From Gammaproteobacteria bacterium (GTDB taxonomy: Bacteria > Pseudomonadota > Gammaproteobacteria > JAABTG01): DNA of 36,871 bases. How positions within the stretch are numbered: position 1 is the stretch's first letter; each line of letters starts with the position of its first letter. This document shows positions 7,748-18,839 of this stretch, piece after piece. Position numbers and translations under genes: made by a program. Below the pieces are notes generated by a model. That model was not told where the DNA came from. It ran no database searches and saw nothing but the letters and a program-made list of their open reading frames with translations. The DNA lies in the NCBI GenBank assembly GCA_030066245.1, contig JASJBY010000001.1, positions 1 to 36,871 on the forward strand. The letters are read 5' to 3'.

Positions 7748-8136
7748 CCGGCCGCCTCCTAGGCCTGTTGTTTCACGGCGTTACCAGTTCCCTCCTCCGT
7801 CAACGGGCTGCCGGCCTGAATAACCACGGCAGGCGTGCTCTAAAGCAAGCCGCCCGCCGCTCTCCGCGAGAGCGTTCACCCCAGGTCAACGCCCTCGTCA
7901 GAAGTATAGAGCAGGAAATGTTTTACCGGTCGGCTGACTGCTGCTTCCCATCGCCGCCAGCCAGCCTGCGTTTCCGAAAGCTCACGAGCCAAACCTCACC
8001 GATCGAGCCCGCTTTCCGGCAAAAGACGAAACGGGAACGTGTCCCCAGTTCCGCCTGCAATGGCCGTTTGCGTCGGCAGGGCAACGCTGCTAGTCTCCGC
8101 CGCTGCCCCGAGCTGAATCCGGAAAAAGAAAGGCTT

Positions 8137-9369
8137 ATGCGCCGGCTAAGACTCATCGCCTTAAACATCTTTGTCACCGTGCTGCTGGTGTTCGTCGTTG
8201 ATCAGCTGCTCGGTTTGTTCGGGTTCCCTGCCGATACGCCGTTCCAATCGGCACACGGGAAGAACCGTTGGGATTTCCGGACGAACATCGAGTATCAGCA
8301 CGAGTTCATGACGAATGACTTTGGGCTGAGATACGGAGAGCTCCCTCGCGAGAAACCAGCGGGTGAAGCTCGCTTCCTGCTTGTGGGTGATTCGTTCACA
8401 GAGGGCCAAGGTGTAGAGGCCGAAGAGACGTTCGGCGCTTTCCTGGAAGAACATTACCGAGGCGAATTTGATAAGAAAATCCGTTTCATCAATGCGGGCC
8501 TGAGCGGGCAAGGCCCCGCAAAATACTGGCGTGTCTTTCACGAGGTAGGCTTGACGCTCGACCTGGATGGTGTGCTGATCTGCATGTATGGCAACGACGT
8601 GACGGATACCCCCGCGTCGTTGACCCGGGAAGACCTCTATCGCCGATACCCGGAACGCCAGGGGCTCGATGGAGTGCTGCATCGCCTCGTGCCTCGACTC
8701 CATGCGCTCGGGAGCAAGGCCGTAAGGAAAGTGAACAAAAAGCTCAGAAAACGGCGCGGCTTCAGGGACGTGGTCTCCGCAAGAGCACGGGAAGTCGGTA
8801 TCAGTGAGGAGGCGATTCAGCGCTGGAACGAAGCGCTCCCCGCGGACCTGGTCGCGGCCACGAACCGAAATGCATTCAACGGCACGCTGCTCAGCCATGG
8901 CCTGTTGGGCCCGGACATTTGGGTGAGGGCGCTGGACCTCGACGGACCGGGAGCAGATCGGCAGTATCAGGCAGTGGAACTCGTCCTGGACGAGATTCTT
9001 CAGGTTGCCCGCGAACGTGGGATCGCGGTCGGTCTCGTGTATATTCCTGGGCCAATGCAGTATGACCCGTCCCGGCACGAAAGCTGGAACCCCATGCTCA
9101 TAGGCGGCGTGCAGTTCAGAGAAGAGTGGCTGCACCGCGACGCGGGGGTGCAGAAGCGTCTTGCCTCGTGGGCGACGGCGAAGAAGGTCCCGTTTCTGGA
9201 TCTGACGGCTACTTTCAGGGCGGAGATTAAGCAGGGAAGGGCGTTAAACTTCAGGCTGGACGGGCACTGGAACCCCGAGGGACACCAGGTTGCAGGGCGG
9301 GCCATAGCCGCATGGCTCGACCGCGGCGAGGTATTTCGCGAACTCGAGAAGCCGGGAGCGGACGGCTGA
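8137..9369 (+). CDS. SGNH/GDSL hydrolase (AlgX/AlgJ-like), membrane anchored
   Basis: GDSFTEG, INAGLSG, GND, DGHWNPEGH blocks; start set at MRRLRLIAL (TM helix) rather than the ORF start at 7591. Confidence 0.85.
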   Translation: MRRLRLIALNIFVTVLLVFVVDQLLGLFGFPADTPFQSAHGKNRWDFRTNIEYQHEFMTNDFGLRYGELPREKPAGEARFLLVGDSFTEGQGVEAEETFGAFLEEHYRGEFDKKIRFINAGLSGQGPAKYWRVFHEVGLTLDLDGVLICMYGNDVTDTPASLTREDLYRRYPERQGLDGVLHRLVPRLHALGSKAVRKVNKKLRKRRGFRDVVSARAREVGISEEAIQRWNEALPADLVAATNRNAFNGTLLSHGLLGPDIWVRALDLDGPGADRQYQAVELVLDEILQVARERGIAVGLVYIPGPMQYDPSRHESWNPMLIGGVQFREEWLHRDAGVQKRLASWATAKKVPFLDLTATFRAEIKQGRALNFRLDGHWNPEGHQVAGRAIAAWLDRGEVFRELEKPGADG

Positions 9370-9879
9370 AGATTCTTGCGGCGGCCATCGACAGGGAAGT
9401 CGAGAGCTCCGCTGTGAACTCGCCTGGGACCCCGCGCCGAAACCTGGCCTGAAACGCCGCCTCACCCGGCTCGTGCCGCACGCTGCGGCAGCTAAAGAAA
9501 CGACACCCAGGGTCGCTATGGATGACGACTGCTGCGCCCCGATTACTTTCCCGGGGACCGCAGGCCTCAAGCGCACCGAAACGGCTCGCGGGCTCACGCG
9601 CACATTCCTCGGGCTTCACGACAGACGAGCGCGCGCCGTGTTCTTTGCCAGCGGGCGCCAGTCGCTCATGTGTGCGAGCGGATATAACTGCTGTTGCTTC
9701 TCTCGCCACGACAAAGTTGAGGAAGCAACGGTGTCCGATCGTCATCTCGGCAACCACCCTGATTTGCGTCCCGAAGCGCCGGTGAGGCGCCGGCGCGCAG
9801 GCACGCACGCCGGGCTCGAGAGCGAGATTCGGCCGGGTCTCCGTCACAACCTCGACCAACGGCGTCTCAAGGGATCTCC

Positions 9880-12195
9880 GTGAGCCAAGAGCCGCTTTTC
9901 AACACCTCCATCCTCGTTGTCGACGACGAGGACGGCATCCTCGAATCTTATCGCAACGCGCTGCGACCGAGGAACCAGCCGAAAGAGGAAATCGACAACC
10001 TGGTCACACGCCGCCAGCGTAGAAGTCCCGGACGAAAAGCGAGAGCGGACAAGGTCCGGCAGTTGCTGACCTATAACCTGCTCACCGCGTCCAGCGGCGA
10101 GGAGGCGGTGGAGATCGTTCGCCGCGAGCGCCAGGCATCACGTCAGATCCCGGTGGGTTTCTTCGACATGGTCATGCCGGGGGGAATCGATGGCGTCGAG
10201 ACCATCAGACGCATCCTTGAGATCGACAGCCAGATGCTCTGCGCCGTGGTCACCGCCTACACGGACCACTCCCCAAGCCGACTCGGCACCTTGTTCTCGA
10301 GGCAGGACGACTGGCTGTACTTCAACAAACCCTTCTCCCAGGGCACGCTGGAGCAGACCGCCTACCATCTCGTCACGGCATGGAATCAGCGCCGGCGGGA
10401 GGAATCGCTCATCAGAAATCTGGAACGCCTTCACGAGCAGAACTCGGAGCATGCCCGAAACCTCGCCTACCGGGGCGAAGAACTGTTGCGCCAGAAGAAC
10501 CTCGTCACCGATATCCTCGACATGGCCCAGATCATCGTGCTCACCCAGAACGACAGGGGTGAGATCACCATGGTGAACAAGTACACCCAGGCACTGACCG
10601 GCTACAGGGATACAGAGCTGCTGGGAAAACCCTTCGTGCATCTCGTTCCGCTGGACTCGGCCACCATGGAGCACTTTGATGAGCTGCACGCGGTCCTGGC
10701 CGGGGAAAGCGATCACTTTCACGACCAGACGGAAGTGGAGTGCCGCGACGGAGAACGCCGACAGATCGCCTGGCACCATTCGCGGCTGTCGGCCGGCACC
10801 GGCTCCGGCGCCGTCGCCATCTCTGCAGGACTCGACATCACCGATCGGCACCGTGCCCTGACCCGTCTTGCCTGGCTGGCTGAGCACGACCCCCTCACAG
10901 GCCTTTGCAACAGAACCCGCATTCAGCGAGCGCTGGACGAGGCCATCCTGACGGCCAGGCAGCTGAAGCATACGGGGGCGCTGCTGCTGATCGACATCAA
11001 TCACTTCAAAGACGTCAACGACAGCAGAGGACAGCTGCACGGAGACAGCCTGCTCCAGGCGGTCGCCACCACTCTGCGCTCGACCCTGCGCGACAAGGAT
11101 ACGGTGGGCCGAATCGGCGGCGATGAGTTCGCGGTGGTGCTACGACGCGCAAGCACCCAGAGCGCCTCGCAAATCGCTCAGAAAGTCATGACCGCGATCG
11201 GTATGGCCACACTGCATGACAGCGACAAACGCCCGATGATCTCCGCGAGCGTCGGCATAGTCATGTTTCCCAATTCCGGCACCAAGTCCAGCGAGCTACT
11301 GACCAATGCGGACCTCGCCGTGAACAAGGCGAAGAAAAAGAACGGCCCTCGTTATCATGTTTTCACCGAAGAAGACGAGGTGCAGCTTCGCCAGGACATG
11401 CAGGAGCGGGTCTACTGGCGCGCGAGGATCGAGAAGGCGATTGCCGAAGAGGACTTTGTTCTCTATTACCAACCGATCATGCAGGTGAAAGATGGCACCG
11501 TCTCCCATTACGAAGCGCTGGTCCGGCTCCAGGAAGAAGACGGACGGATCATCGGCCCGAATGCGTTTATTGAGATCGCCGAGAGCGAAGGCCTGATACG
11601 GGAGATCGACAAGCTGATCGTGCGCAAAGCCGTATCCCAGCTTGGCAGCTCCGCACGCGACGGACAGGTCATGCACATCTCGGTGAACCTGTCACCCCAC
11701 GCCATTGCCGACAATGAACTGCTGACAGAATTGAGCGACATCCTCGCCGAGCACGAAGTGAATCCGACCAGCCTCATCCTCGAGATAACAGAGCGCCTTG
11801 CGGTTGCCGACTTCGATGCAACCCGTGACTACATGAGCGCGATCAAAGCCATGGGTTGCCGATTCGCGATCGACGATTTCGGCGTGGGTTTCGGCTCCTT
11901 CAACTATCTCAAGCAACTGCCCGCAGACTACGTCAAGATCGACGGTGCGTTCATTCGCGAGCTGGCAACCAACAAGGATGATCAGATCCTGGTGGAGGCG
12001 CTCGCGAGAGTCGCGAAGGGGTTCGGGAAGAAGACCGTGGCCGAGTACGTGGAGACCGAAGACGTTTTCGCTTTGCTGCGAGACTATGGTGTGGATTACG
12101 CCCAGGGACATCTGGTCGGGGAACCGCTGCCCGCAGAGCAGGTGTTCGCCAGGCCCCGGAAGGCTAAAGTGCGGTCACGCGGTCGCGCGCGATAG
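9880..12195 (+). CDS. REC-PAS-GGDEF-EAL diguanylate cyclase/phosphodiesterase
   Basis: ILVVDD...FFDMVMPGG...NKPF receiver; PAS; HDPLTGLCNR, RDKD I-site five residues before intact GGDEF; EALVR and DDFGVG. Confidence 0.93.
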   Translation: MSQEPLFNTSILVVDDEDGILESYRNALRPRNQPKEEIDNLVTRRQRRSPGRKARADKVRQLLTYNLLTASSGEEAVEIVRRERQASRQIPVGFFDMVMPGGIDGVETIRRILEIDSQMLCAVVTAYTDHSPSRLGTLFSRQDDWLYFNKPFSQGTLEQTAYHLVTAWNQRRREESLIRNLERLHEQNSEHARNLAYRGEELLRQKNLVTDILDMAQIIVLTQNDRGEITMVNKYTQALTGYRDTELLGKPFVHLVPLDSATMEHFDELHAVLAGESDHFHDQTEVECRDGERRQIAWHHSRLSAGTGSGAVAISAGLDITDRHRALTRLAWLAEHDPLTGLCNRTRIQRALDEAILTARQLKHTGALLLIDINHFKDVNDSRGQLHGDSLLQAVATTLRSTLRDKDTVGRIGGDEFAVVLRRASTQSASQIAQKVMTAIGMATLHDSDKRPMISASVGIVMFPNSGTKSSELLTNADLAVNKAKKKNGPRYHVFTEEDEVQLRQDMQERVYWRARIEKAIAEEDFVLYYQPIMQVKDGTVSHYEALVRLQEEDGRIIGPNAFIEIAESEGLIREIDKLIVRKAVSQLGSSARDGQVMHISVNLSPHAIADNELLTELSDILAEHEVNPTSLILEITERLAVADFDATRDYMSAIKAMGCRFAIDDFGVGFGSFNYLKQLPADYVKIDGAFIRELATNKDDQILVEALARVAKGFGKKTVAEYVETEDVFALLRDYGVDYAQGHLVGEPLPAEQVFARPRKAKVRSRGRAR

Positions 12196-12656
12196 CCACG
12201 CTGTCGAGCCCAGAAGCAAGTGCCATAACCGGGTGAACCGACACTACGACCCCACGCTAGACCTTGCATTCCGGTACGAGCGCATCGCGGTCGCACCCAT
12301 CGAGCCAGAGTCTACAAGCACAAAAAATTACGATGTCCGCATAAGGTCGAATCCATGGCTTAGATGCGATCTGAGCCCGCAGCCCGGCATTTTCCCGTTT
12401 TGAGAGATCCGTCACAGAAAACCGGCGCCATTGCTGCTTCCTGGGGCAAGAATGCAGGTCGCCGTTTGCTACCCTTGGGATAGCTTGCCGTAGCTGGCTA
12501 CGACGAGCCGAGTTCTGGAAGCAAATCTGCGCGCGTAAGTTTTCTGCTTTGGAGCTGCGTCGCCCTTCCAGCCCCGAAACGGGGCCTTTGTAGTGATGCG
12601 CCTAGAACATCGCCGGAAGGGGTTGGAAAACAGCAACTGACATGGAGGTATCCCCC

Positions 12657-13463
12657 ATGATGTCACGATACGCTTCTGCTTCGGCCTTGACCGGTCTCAC
12701 CCTGTTGGGCATCGCCTTCGCGACACCTGCGGCTGCCGAGATGACCGGAAATCGTTACAACCTGCCGCGGGAGTACAACGCCGACGTCAGCGCCGCCAAG
12801 GCTTATCTCATGACCAGTGGTGAACGCTTCCCCATTCTGAAACATTTGAGACGGCACAAGGATCGCTTGCCCGCTCCGGTGATTATCGACGTGCGTACGG
12901 TCCAGGAGCACCTGGATGGACACCCACCCGGGGCTTACAGCATGCCGTTCCCCCGCGTTCGGAGCAAGCCCGACAAACTTGATTTCATCGGCTACGACGT
13001 TTCCGCGAGCGCCGAGGGCAGCGAGGGCGTCAAGAATGTGGGCTTCGGTGCCGCTGCGCCCAAGCGCGGTATCATTCTGCAGATCAATCATTTCGTCGAG
13101 TATGTGGAATCCGTGTTTCCCGACAAGAACAGACCCTTGTATCTGCTGTGCAAGACGGGATATCGCAGCGTCCAGGCGGCCAATGCACTGGTTCAGCTGG
13201 GCGGATACAACAAGGTCTACAATATCTGGCACGGCTACGAGGGCAAAGCGAAGTACGCCTACGACAAGTCGACGGGGGCGCCGCTGCAGCCTTTCGAAAT
13301 GCTCGATCTGGACAACGACGATGAGCTGAAATTCAAAGAGGACGGGAAAGAGAAGATCGATGCGGACGACCTGGACGGCTGGGCATACTTCCAGGGGCTG
13401 CCGGTCACGAAACGCGTGCTTCCACAGCGCATCGACGCGCGCTTTATCGACCTGTACCGGTAA
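12657..13463 (+). CDS. Exported rhodanese-like domain protein
   Basis: GGAGG RBS, signal peptide ending PAAA-E, IIDVRT..EHLDGHPPGA, active-site LCKTGYRS. Confidence 0.85.
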   Translation: MMSRYASASALTGLTLLGIAFATPAAAEMTGNRYNLPREYNADVSAAKAYLMTSGERFPILKHLRRHKDRLPAPVIIDVRTVQEHLDGHPPGAYSMPFPRVRSKPDKLDFIGYDVSASAEGSEGVKNVGFGAAAPKRGIILQINHFVEYVESVFPDKNRPLYLLCKTGYRSVQAANALVQLGGYNKVYNIWHGYEGKAKYAYDKSTGAPLQPFEMLDLDNDDELKFKEDGKEKIDADDLDGWAYFQGLPVTKRVLPQRIDARFIDLYR

Positions 13464-13506
13464 CCGCTTAAGAGGCTCTCAGCCGCCGACTTGGCTTTTC
13501 CGGTTC

Positions 13507-13534
13507 GAACCCCGCACCCAGCGGGGTTCTTTTT
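13507..13534 (+). terminator. Intrinsic terminator
   Basis: GAACCCCGC-ACCCA-GCGGGGTTC followed by TTTTT. Confidence 0.85.
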
Positions 13535-13552
13535 CTGACGGCCGCAAGCGGT

Positions 13553-16153
13553 TTACGAGACGCCGGCGACGGCATCCCGAGTGGCAGTGAACAACAGCTG
13601 ACCGCCCTCCGCCTCTCCGTGGATGGTATCGCCCGCGGCGAAGCGGCCTGCGAGGATTTCCTGGGCCAACGGGTTCTCCAGGTGCTGCTGGATGGCACGC
13701 TTCAACGGCCGTGCGCCATACACCGCATCGTAACCCACGTTGCCCAGCAGCTCGAGGGCCTCGCGGGTGAGCTCCAGCTGCATCCCGTGCTCGCCGAGAC
13801 GCCCTGCCAGTATGTCCACCTGCAGTCCCGCGATGCGCCGGATCTGGCTTTTATCCAGGGGATGGAAAACGATCACGTCGTCGACTCGATTGATAAACTC
13901 GGGTCGGAAATGACCGGCCACGATCTCGAGCACGGCGCTCTTCATCTGTTCATATCGCTCCTCACCCGCCATCTCCTGGATGATCTGCGAGCCCAGGTTG
14001 GAGGTCATGACGATGACGGTATTCCGAAAGTCCACTGTGCGTCCCTGCCCATCGGTAAGCCGGCCATCGTCGAGCACCTGCAGCAGCACGTTGAACACGT
14101 CCGCGTGGGCCTTCTCCACCTCGTCCAGCAGGAGCACGGAGTAGGGTCGCCGACGCACGGCTTCCGTCAGGTAGCCGCCCTCCTCGTAGCCCACATAGCC
14201 GGGCGGCGCGCCAATCAGTCGCGCCACAGAGTGCTTCTCCATGAACTCCGACATATCCAGGCGAATCATCGCTTCCTCGGTGTCGAACAGAAAAGCGGCC
14301 AGGGTCTTGCACAGCTCGGTCTTGCCCACGCCGGTCGGTCCGAGAAACAGGAAGGAGCCGTTGGGGCGATTTGGATCGGCCAACCCCGCCCTTGACCTGC
14401 GAATGGCGTCGCTCACGGCGCGGATGGCCTCTTCCTGGCCCACCACGCGCTTGCCGAGCTCCTGCTCCAGGTGCAGCAGCTTCTCGCGCTCGCCCTCCAG
14501 CATTTTGGCCACGGGTATGCCCGTCCATTTTGAAACGACCTCCGCGACCTCCTCACCGGTCACCTTGTCCCGCAGCAATGTTTTCTCGGCCGATTCCGCA
14601 GCGGCGGCTGCGGCCAGCTGCTTTTCCAGCTCGGGGATGCGGCCGTACTGCAGCTCCGACATGCGCGCCAGATCGCCCGCGCGGCGTGCGGTTTCCAGCT
14701 CCAGACGGGCCCTTTCCAGGGTCTCCTTCACCTGCGCCGTGCCCTGCAGGCTCGCCTTCTCGGCTTTCCATACTTCCTCCAGGTCCGCATATTCCCGCTC
14801 CAGCCGACCCAACTCTGACTCCAGATCCTGGCGCCGCTGTTTCGAGGCTTCGTCCACCTCCTTCTTCAACGCTTCGCGCTCGATTTTCAGCTGGATGATG
14901 CGTCGGTCGAGACGGTCCATTTCCTCCGGCATGGAGTCGATCTCCATGCGGATCCGGCTTGCCGCCTCGTCCACCAGGTCGATGGCCTTGTCCGGAAGCT
15001 GGCGGTCCGTGATGTAGCGCTGCGAGAGCATTGCCGCGGCAACGATGGCCGGGTCGGTGATTTCGACGCCGTGGTGAATCTCGTAGCGTTCCTTGAGGCC
15101 TCTCAGAATGGCTATGGTGTCCTCGACGCCCGGCTCCTCCACCAGCACCTTTTGAAAGCGCCGCTCCAGGGCCGCGTCCTTCTCGATGTGCTTGCGGTAC
15201 TCGTCCAGGGTGGTGGCGCCCACGCAGTGCAGCTCACCGCGGGCAAGCGCCGGCTTGAGCATGTTTCCGGCGTCCATCGCGCCCTCGGCCTTGCCGGCAC
15301 CCACCATGGTGTGTATTTCGTCGATGAACAGGATGATCTGTCCTTCCTGCTTGGCGAGATCATTGAGCACCGCCTTGAGACGCTCCTCGAACTCGCCACG
15401 GAACTTGGCACCGGCGATGAGCGCGCCCATGTCCAGCGCCAGCAGGCGCTTACCCTTCAGACCTTCGGGGACTTCCTTGTTGATGATGCGCTGGGCGAGC
15501 CCCTCGACGATCGCAGTCTTGCCGACACCCGGCTCGCCTATCAGGACTGGGTTGTTCTTGGTGCGCCTCTGCAGCACCTGGACGGTGCGCCGGATCTCGT
15601 CGTCCCGGCCCACCACAGGGTCGAGCTTGCCGCGTTCCGCCCGCTCCGTGAGGTCGATGGTGTACTTCTCCAGCGCCTGCCTCTGGTCCTCGGCCTCAGG
15701 GTCGTTGACCTGCTGGCCGCCGCGGACGTCCTCCACTGCCCGGCTGACCGCAGCCTTGTCGGCTCCGGCCGCGCGCAGCACGTCGCCCAGCGGCCCCCTG
15801 TCCTCGACGGCGGCGAGCAGAAAGAGCTCGCTGGAGATGTACTGGTCGGACCTCTCCTGGGCCAGCTTGTCGGTGACGTTGAGCAGTCGCGCCAGGTCAT
15901 TGGAGACGTGGATATCACCGGCGGCACCCTGGACTTGAGGTATGCGGTCGAGAATCTCCATGAGCTTGAGGCGCAGCTGATGGATGTTCACGCCAGCCCG
16001 GGTGAGCAGCGGCCGGGCGGTCCCGCCATCCTGATCAAGGAGCGCCGTCACCAGGTGAACCGGCTCGATGTACTGGTGGTCGCGACCCACGGCGAGACTT
16101 TGGGCGTCGGCCAGAGCCAGCTGGAATTTCGTGGTGAGTTTGTCGCTACGCAT
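13553..16153 (-). CDS. clpB: ATP-dependent chaperone ClpB
   Basis: 866 aa, two AAA+ modules ([16 protein letters not shown]), coiled-coil M domain, N-terminus [23 protein letters not shown]. Confidence 0.98.
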   Translation of the reverse strand: MRSDKLTTKFQLALADAQSLAVGRDHQYIEPVHLVTALLDQDGGTARPLLTRAGVNIHQLRLKLMEILDRIPQVQGAAGDIHVSNDLARLLNVTDKLAQERSDQYISSELFLLAAVEDRGPLGDVLRAAGADKAAVSRAVEDVRGGQQVNDPEAEDQRQALEKYTIDLTERAERGKLDPVVGRDDEIRRTVQVLQRRTKNNPVLIGEPGVGKTAIVEGLAQRIINKEVPEGLKGKRLLALDMGALIAGAKFRGEFEERLKAVLNDLAKQEGQIILFIDEIHTMVGAGKAEGAMDAGNMLKPALARGELHCVGATTLDEYRKHIEKDAALERRFQKVLVEEPGVEDTIAILRGLKERYEIHHGVEITDPAIVAAAMLSQRYITDRQLPDKAIDLVDEAASRIRMEIDSMPEEMDRLDRRIIQLKIEREALKKEVDEASKQRRQDLESELGRLEREYADLEEVWKAEKASLQGTAQVKETLERARLELETARRAGDLARMSELQYGRIPELEKQLAAAAAAESAEKTLLRDKVTGEEVAEVVSKWTGIPVAKMLEGEREKLLHLEQELGKRVVGQEEAIRAVSDAIRRSRAGLADPNRPNGSFLFLGPTGVGKTELCKTLAAFLFDTEEAMIRLDMSEFMEKHSVARLIGAPPGYVGYEEGGYLTEAVRRRPYSVLLLDEVEKAHADVFNVLLQVLDDGRLTDGQGRTVDFRNTVIVMTSNLGSQIIQEMAGEERYEQMKSAVLEIVAGHFRPEFINRVDDVIVFHPLDKSQIRRIAGLQVDILAGRLGEHGMQLELTREALELLGNVGYDAVYGARPLKRAIQQHLENPLAQEILAGRFAAGDTIHGEAEGGQLLFTATRDAVAGVS

Positions 16154-16281
16154 GCTGAGGGTCTCCCCGCCTAGAGGGCCGACCTCGGCGCGCGACTCTG
16201 CGCGCCCGGTGCCGGCACCGGTTGTCTATGTCCGATTTTCCCGTGGCCTTTATGCGCTCCAGACGGAGCAGCACCGGCAAG

Positions 16282-16298
16282 TGTCGGTATTCTTTACA
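16282..16298. promoter_or_regulatory. TGT-N11-ACA box (TGTCGGTATTCTTTACA)
   Basis: 16/17 identical to the box at 20415-20431. Confidence 0.6.
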
Positions 16299-16476
16299 AT
16301 TTGTCTTCAACTTTGTCCGCTATTGCGCGTAAGCCTATGTTTCATATATATATGCATGATTCTTGCTATTTCAACAGATTGACTGCCGCTCGCGCTCGGG
16401 CGGCGTGCCTGCTCCTGGCGGACGAAGGATGTGTCGGTAACGCAGGAATACTGGCTTTTTCTGACCGCACTGCCCT

Positions 16477-18744
16477 ATGTCAGCAAACAGCTTCGGCTGC
16501 CGAGAACACCCGTTCGGACCCGGCTATGACAGCCGGTTCTTCTACGTCCGCCCTGGTCAAGAGGCGAGCTTCCAGGAACTGTTCGCCAGAATTTCCGCGC
16601 CCGACGGGTTGGTTCTGATCACCGGCCAGGCCGGCTCCGGCAAGACCACGCTGCTTCGCGAGCTGAGAACGCAGCTGGATGCGGCGGAGGCGCTTACGGT
16701 GTTCTTCCCGAGTCCGGCCGCCACGGCGGACACCCTTCTCGACGCGTGCCTGCAGCGGCTCGGACTGCACGACGCACTCGGCGCTGGGCGCGCCGCCAAA
16801 CTGGAGGCGCTCGCAGATCCGTCACGCCATCCCGAATCCTCTCGACCGGTGGCGATACTCGCAGACGAAGGACATGCGCTCACCGATGACGTCTTGAACA
16901 CGTTCCTGGCGCTGTCGGCGCCGGTGGCAGAGAGGCGCGCCCCTCTGGCCGTGGTGGTCGGCGGCGAGCCCGTGCTGGAGGCCCGGCTGTCCGAGGAGAT
17001 CTTCCAGCCGCTCGCCGGCTGCATCGGGTACCGGTACCAGTTGGCTGCCCTGGACCGAGACGAAACCGCTGCCTTCATCGAGCTCCGCCTGCGTGCAGCC
17101 GGCTGTACCCAAGCAAGCCCATTCTCCACGGAGGCGGTCGAGCGTATAGCTTTCTACGCGGACGGATTGCCGGCCCGCATCAACCAGCTTGCCGACATTG
17201 CTCTGTTCATTGCCACGCTGGAGTCGACGCCGCAGATCACGGCCGAGCTTGTGGAGCGCGCCGCCCAGGACGCTCTGCTCTCCGATGAGCCCATCAACCT
17301 TGGCCGCACCGCGGCCGACAAGCAGGGCGGCGCCCCGCAAGGGCCTGACGACGACGAGCCTGGCGTCCCTCTGCTGACGGACGTTGTAGGCTCGTCCGGT
17401 CGGATCGGCGCCCTGCCTGGCGCCGAGGCCCAGCTCGCGGCGGCGCTTCTTCCTGAAGTTGGCCGTACCCAACAGGACCCTACGCAAACGCTCGCATCAG
17501 CCTGGCCGGGGCAGGACTCGCCGCTTCTGGATCACGACGAGACAGAGGATCTCACTCTGGACGATCCCGACCCCAGGCCCACGACAGCGCCGACAACCGC
17601 GGACCTGGGGCCCCTGAGTGCGTTGCGTCAGAGCCCCGCCGGGTCAGCGAATAGGATGAAGCCAGCGCCCCGCGAGCGCCCGCACAGGTCACTGGGAACA
17701 CGGCGGCTGGTGGTTGCACTGACGCTAGTGGGGAGCGTCGTGCTGGCCGGTTGGCTCTTGTCTAGCCACCAGCATCGCCTGCACCAGTTGGAGCCCCTGC
17801 TCGCCACGCTGGACAGGGCTGCCGAGCTCTCGAGTGACCGCCTCCAGGAGCTGTTGCGCACGCTCCGTGCGCACGCGTCCACCATGCTTGCGCCAATTAC
17901 CAGCCCCGCGCCAGAAGAGGCGCCGCAGAAGCCACTCCCGCCAGCAGCGGCGACACAGGCGCATAGGGCGCCGACCGGGCGCCCCACAGCACTGAACGTC
18001 GCTCCCGGCTCGCCGGCGACCGCCTCGATTGACGAGAGGGCAGCCGCTGGGCTGGACGTGCCTCCGGAAACCCTTCGCACAGCGACGCCCAACGCTGAGA
18101 CACCGGATGACCCGCCGGCCCCGGGCTCGACAAGCTATCGCCTGCTCACGGCCGCAAAGGTGCGGGAGCGGCCGTCGGTAAGCGCCCGTTTGCGCCTTAT
18201 GCTCCAGAAAGGCAGCGACGTGGTGGTCACCGGACACGTACCCGGTAGCAACTGGTACCGGATTCGAACCCCCCGTGGCGTCGAAGGCTATATGTACGGC
18301 GGCCTCGCGCCGGGGCCGCGCACTGGCCTGGCAGGGGGGACAGGGCCCGCGCCTCCGGCTTTGGGACTCCTGCAGATCGACGAAGCAGAAGCGGCGGCGG
18401 CGGAGATCACGGAGCTGCTGGCGCGAGCCGACGAGCACGTCCGCGCGGACCGCCTGATGGCGCCGCGGTTCGACAACGCGTTGGCCCTATATCGCAAGGT
18501 GCTGCGCGCGGAACCCCATGACCCAGAAGCCCTCGCCGGCATCGAGAAAATCAAGGATAAGCTGATGGGCTTCGCCCGAGCGGCGGTCGCCCAGGGAGAC
18601 CTGGAGGGCGCGCGCAGCCAAGTCAACAAGGTCCTCGTCATTGACGCCGAGGACAGAGCAGCGCGTGCCGCCCTGGCCAATTTCGGCGAAGCGGTTCCCT
18701 TTGCAGACTTTGCGGGTCTCGAGGATCCCGGACCCACACAATAA
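16477..18744 (+). CDS. ExeA/GspA-like AAA ATPase with TM helix, SH3b-like domain and TPR-like C-terminus
   Basis: FGCREHPF start, Walker A GQAGSGKTT, Walker B ILADEGH, GLPARINQLAD; TM helix; SH3b-like AKVRERPS...WYRIRTPRGVEGYMY; RLMAPRFDNALALYRKVL helical repeat. Confidence 0.82.
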   Translation: MSANSFGCREHPFGPGYDSRFFYVRPGQEASFQELFARISAPDGLVLITGQAGSGKTTLLRELRTQLDAAEALTVFFPSPAATADTLLDACLQRLGLHDALGAGRAAKLEALADPSRHPESSRPVAILADEGHALTDDVLNTFLALSAPVAERRAPLAVVVGGEPVLEARLSEEIFQPLAGCIGYRYQLAALDRDETAAFIELRLRAAGCTQASPFSTEAVERIAFYADGLPARINQLADIALFIATLESTPQITAELVERAAQDALLSDEPINLGRTAADKQGGAPQGPDDDEPGVPLLTDVVGSSGRIGALPGAEAQLAAALLPEVGRTQQDPTQTLASAWPGQDSPLLDHDETEDLTLDDPDPRPTTAPTTADLGPLSALRQSPAGSANRMKPAPRERPHRSLGTRRLVVALTLVGSVVLAGWLLSSHQHRLHQLEPLLATLDRAAELSSDRLQELLRTLRAHASTMLAPITSPAPEEAPQKPLPPAAATQAHRAPTGRPTALNVAPGSPATASIDERAAAGLDVPPETLRTATPNAETPDDPPAPGSTSYRLLTAAKVRERPSVSARLRLMLQKGSDVVVTGHVPGSNWYRIRTPRGVEGYMYGGLAPGPRTGLAGGTGPAPPALGLLQIDEAEAAAAEITELLARADEHVRADRLMAPRFDNALALYRKVLRAEPHDPEALAGIEKIKDKLMGFARAAVAQGDLEGARSQVNKVLVIDAEDRAARAALANFGEAVPFADFAGLEDPGPTQ

Positions 18745-18839
18745 AAGGCCGGGAAACACGCGCGCTGTTCGCAACCAGACCAAACCAAAGATTCGATTTG
18801 CCGGTGCCAGAAGATAACACTCGATCGAGGAGAACATTC

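Noticed and set aside
7591-8136. 182-aa N-terminal extension of the SGNH ORF
   Set aside because: Overlaps the divergent gene and looks like translated intergenic DNA; the TM-anchored start at 8137 fits the family.
9473-9883. ORF overlapping the GGDEF-EAL start (possible leader gene or c-di-GMP riboswitch region)
   Set aside because: No recognisable protein motif and no GEMM-type riboswitch consensus seen.
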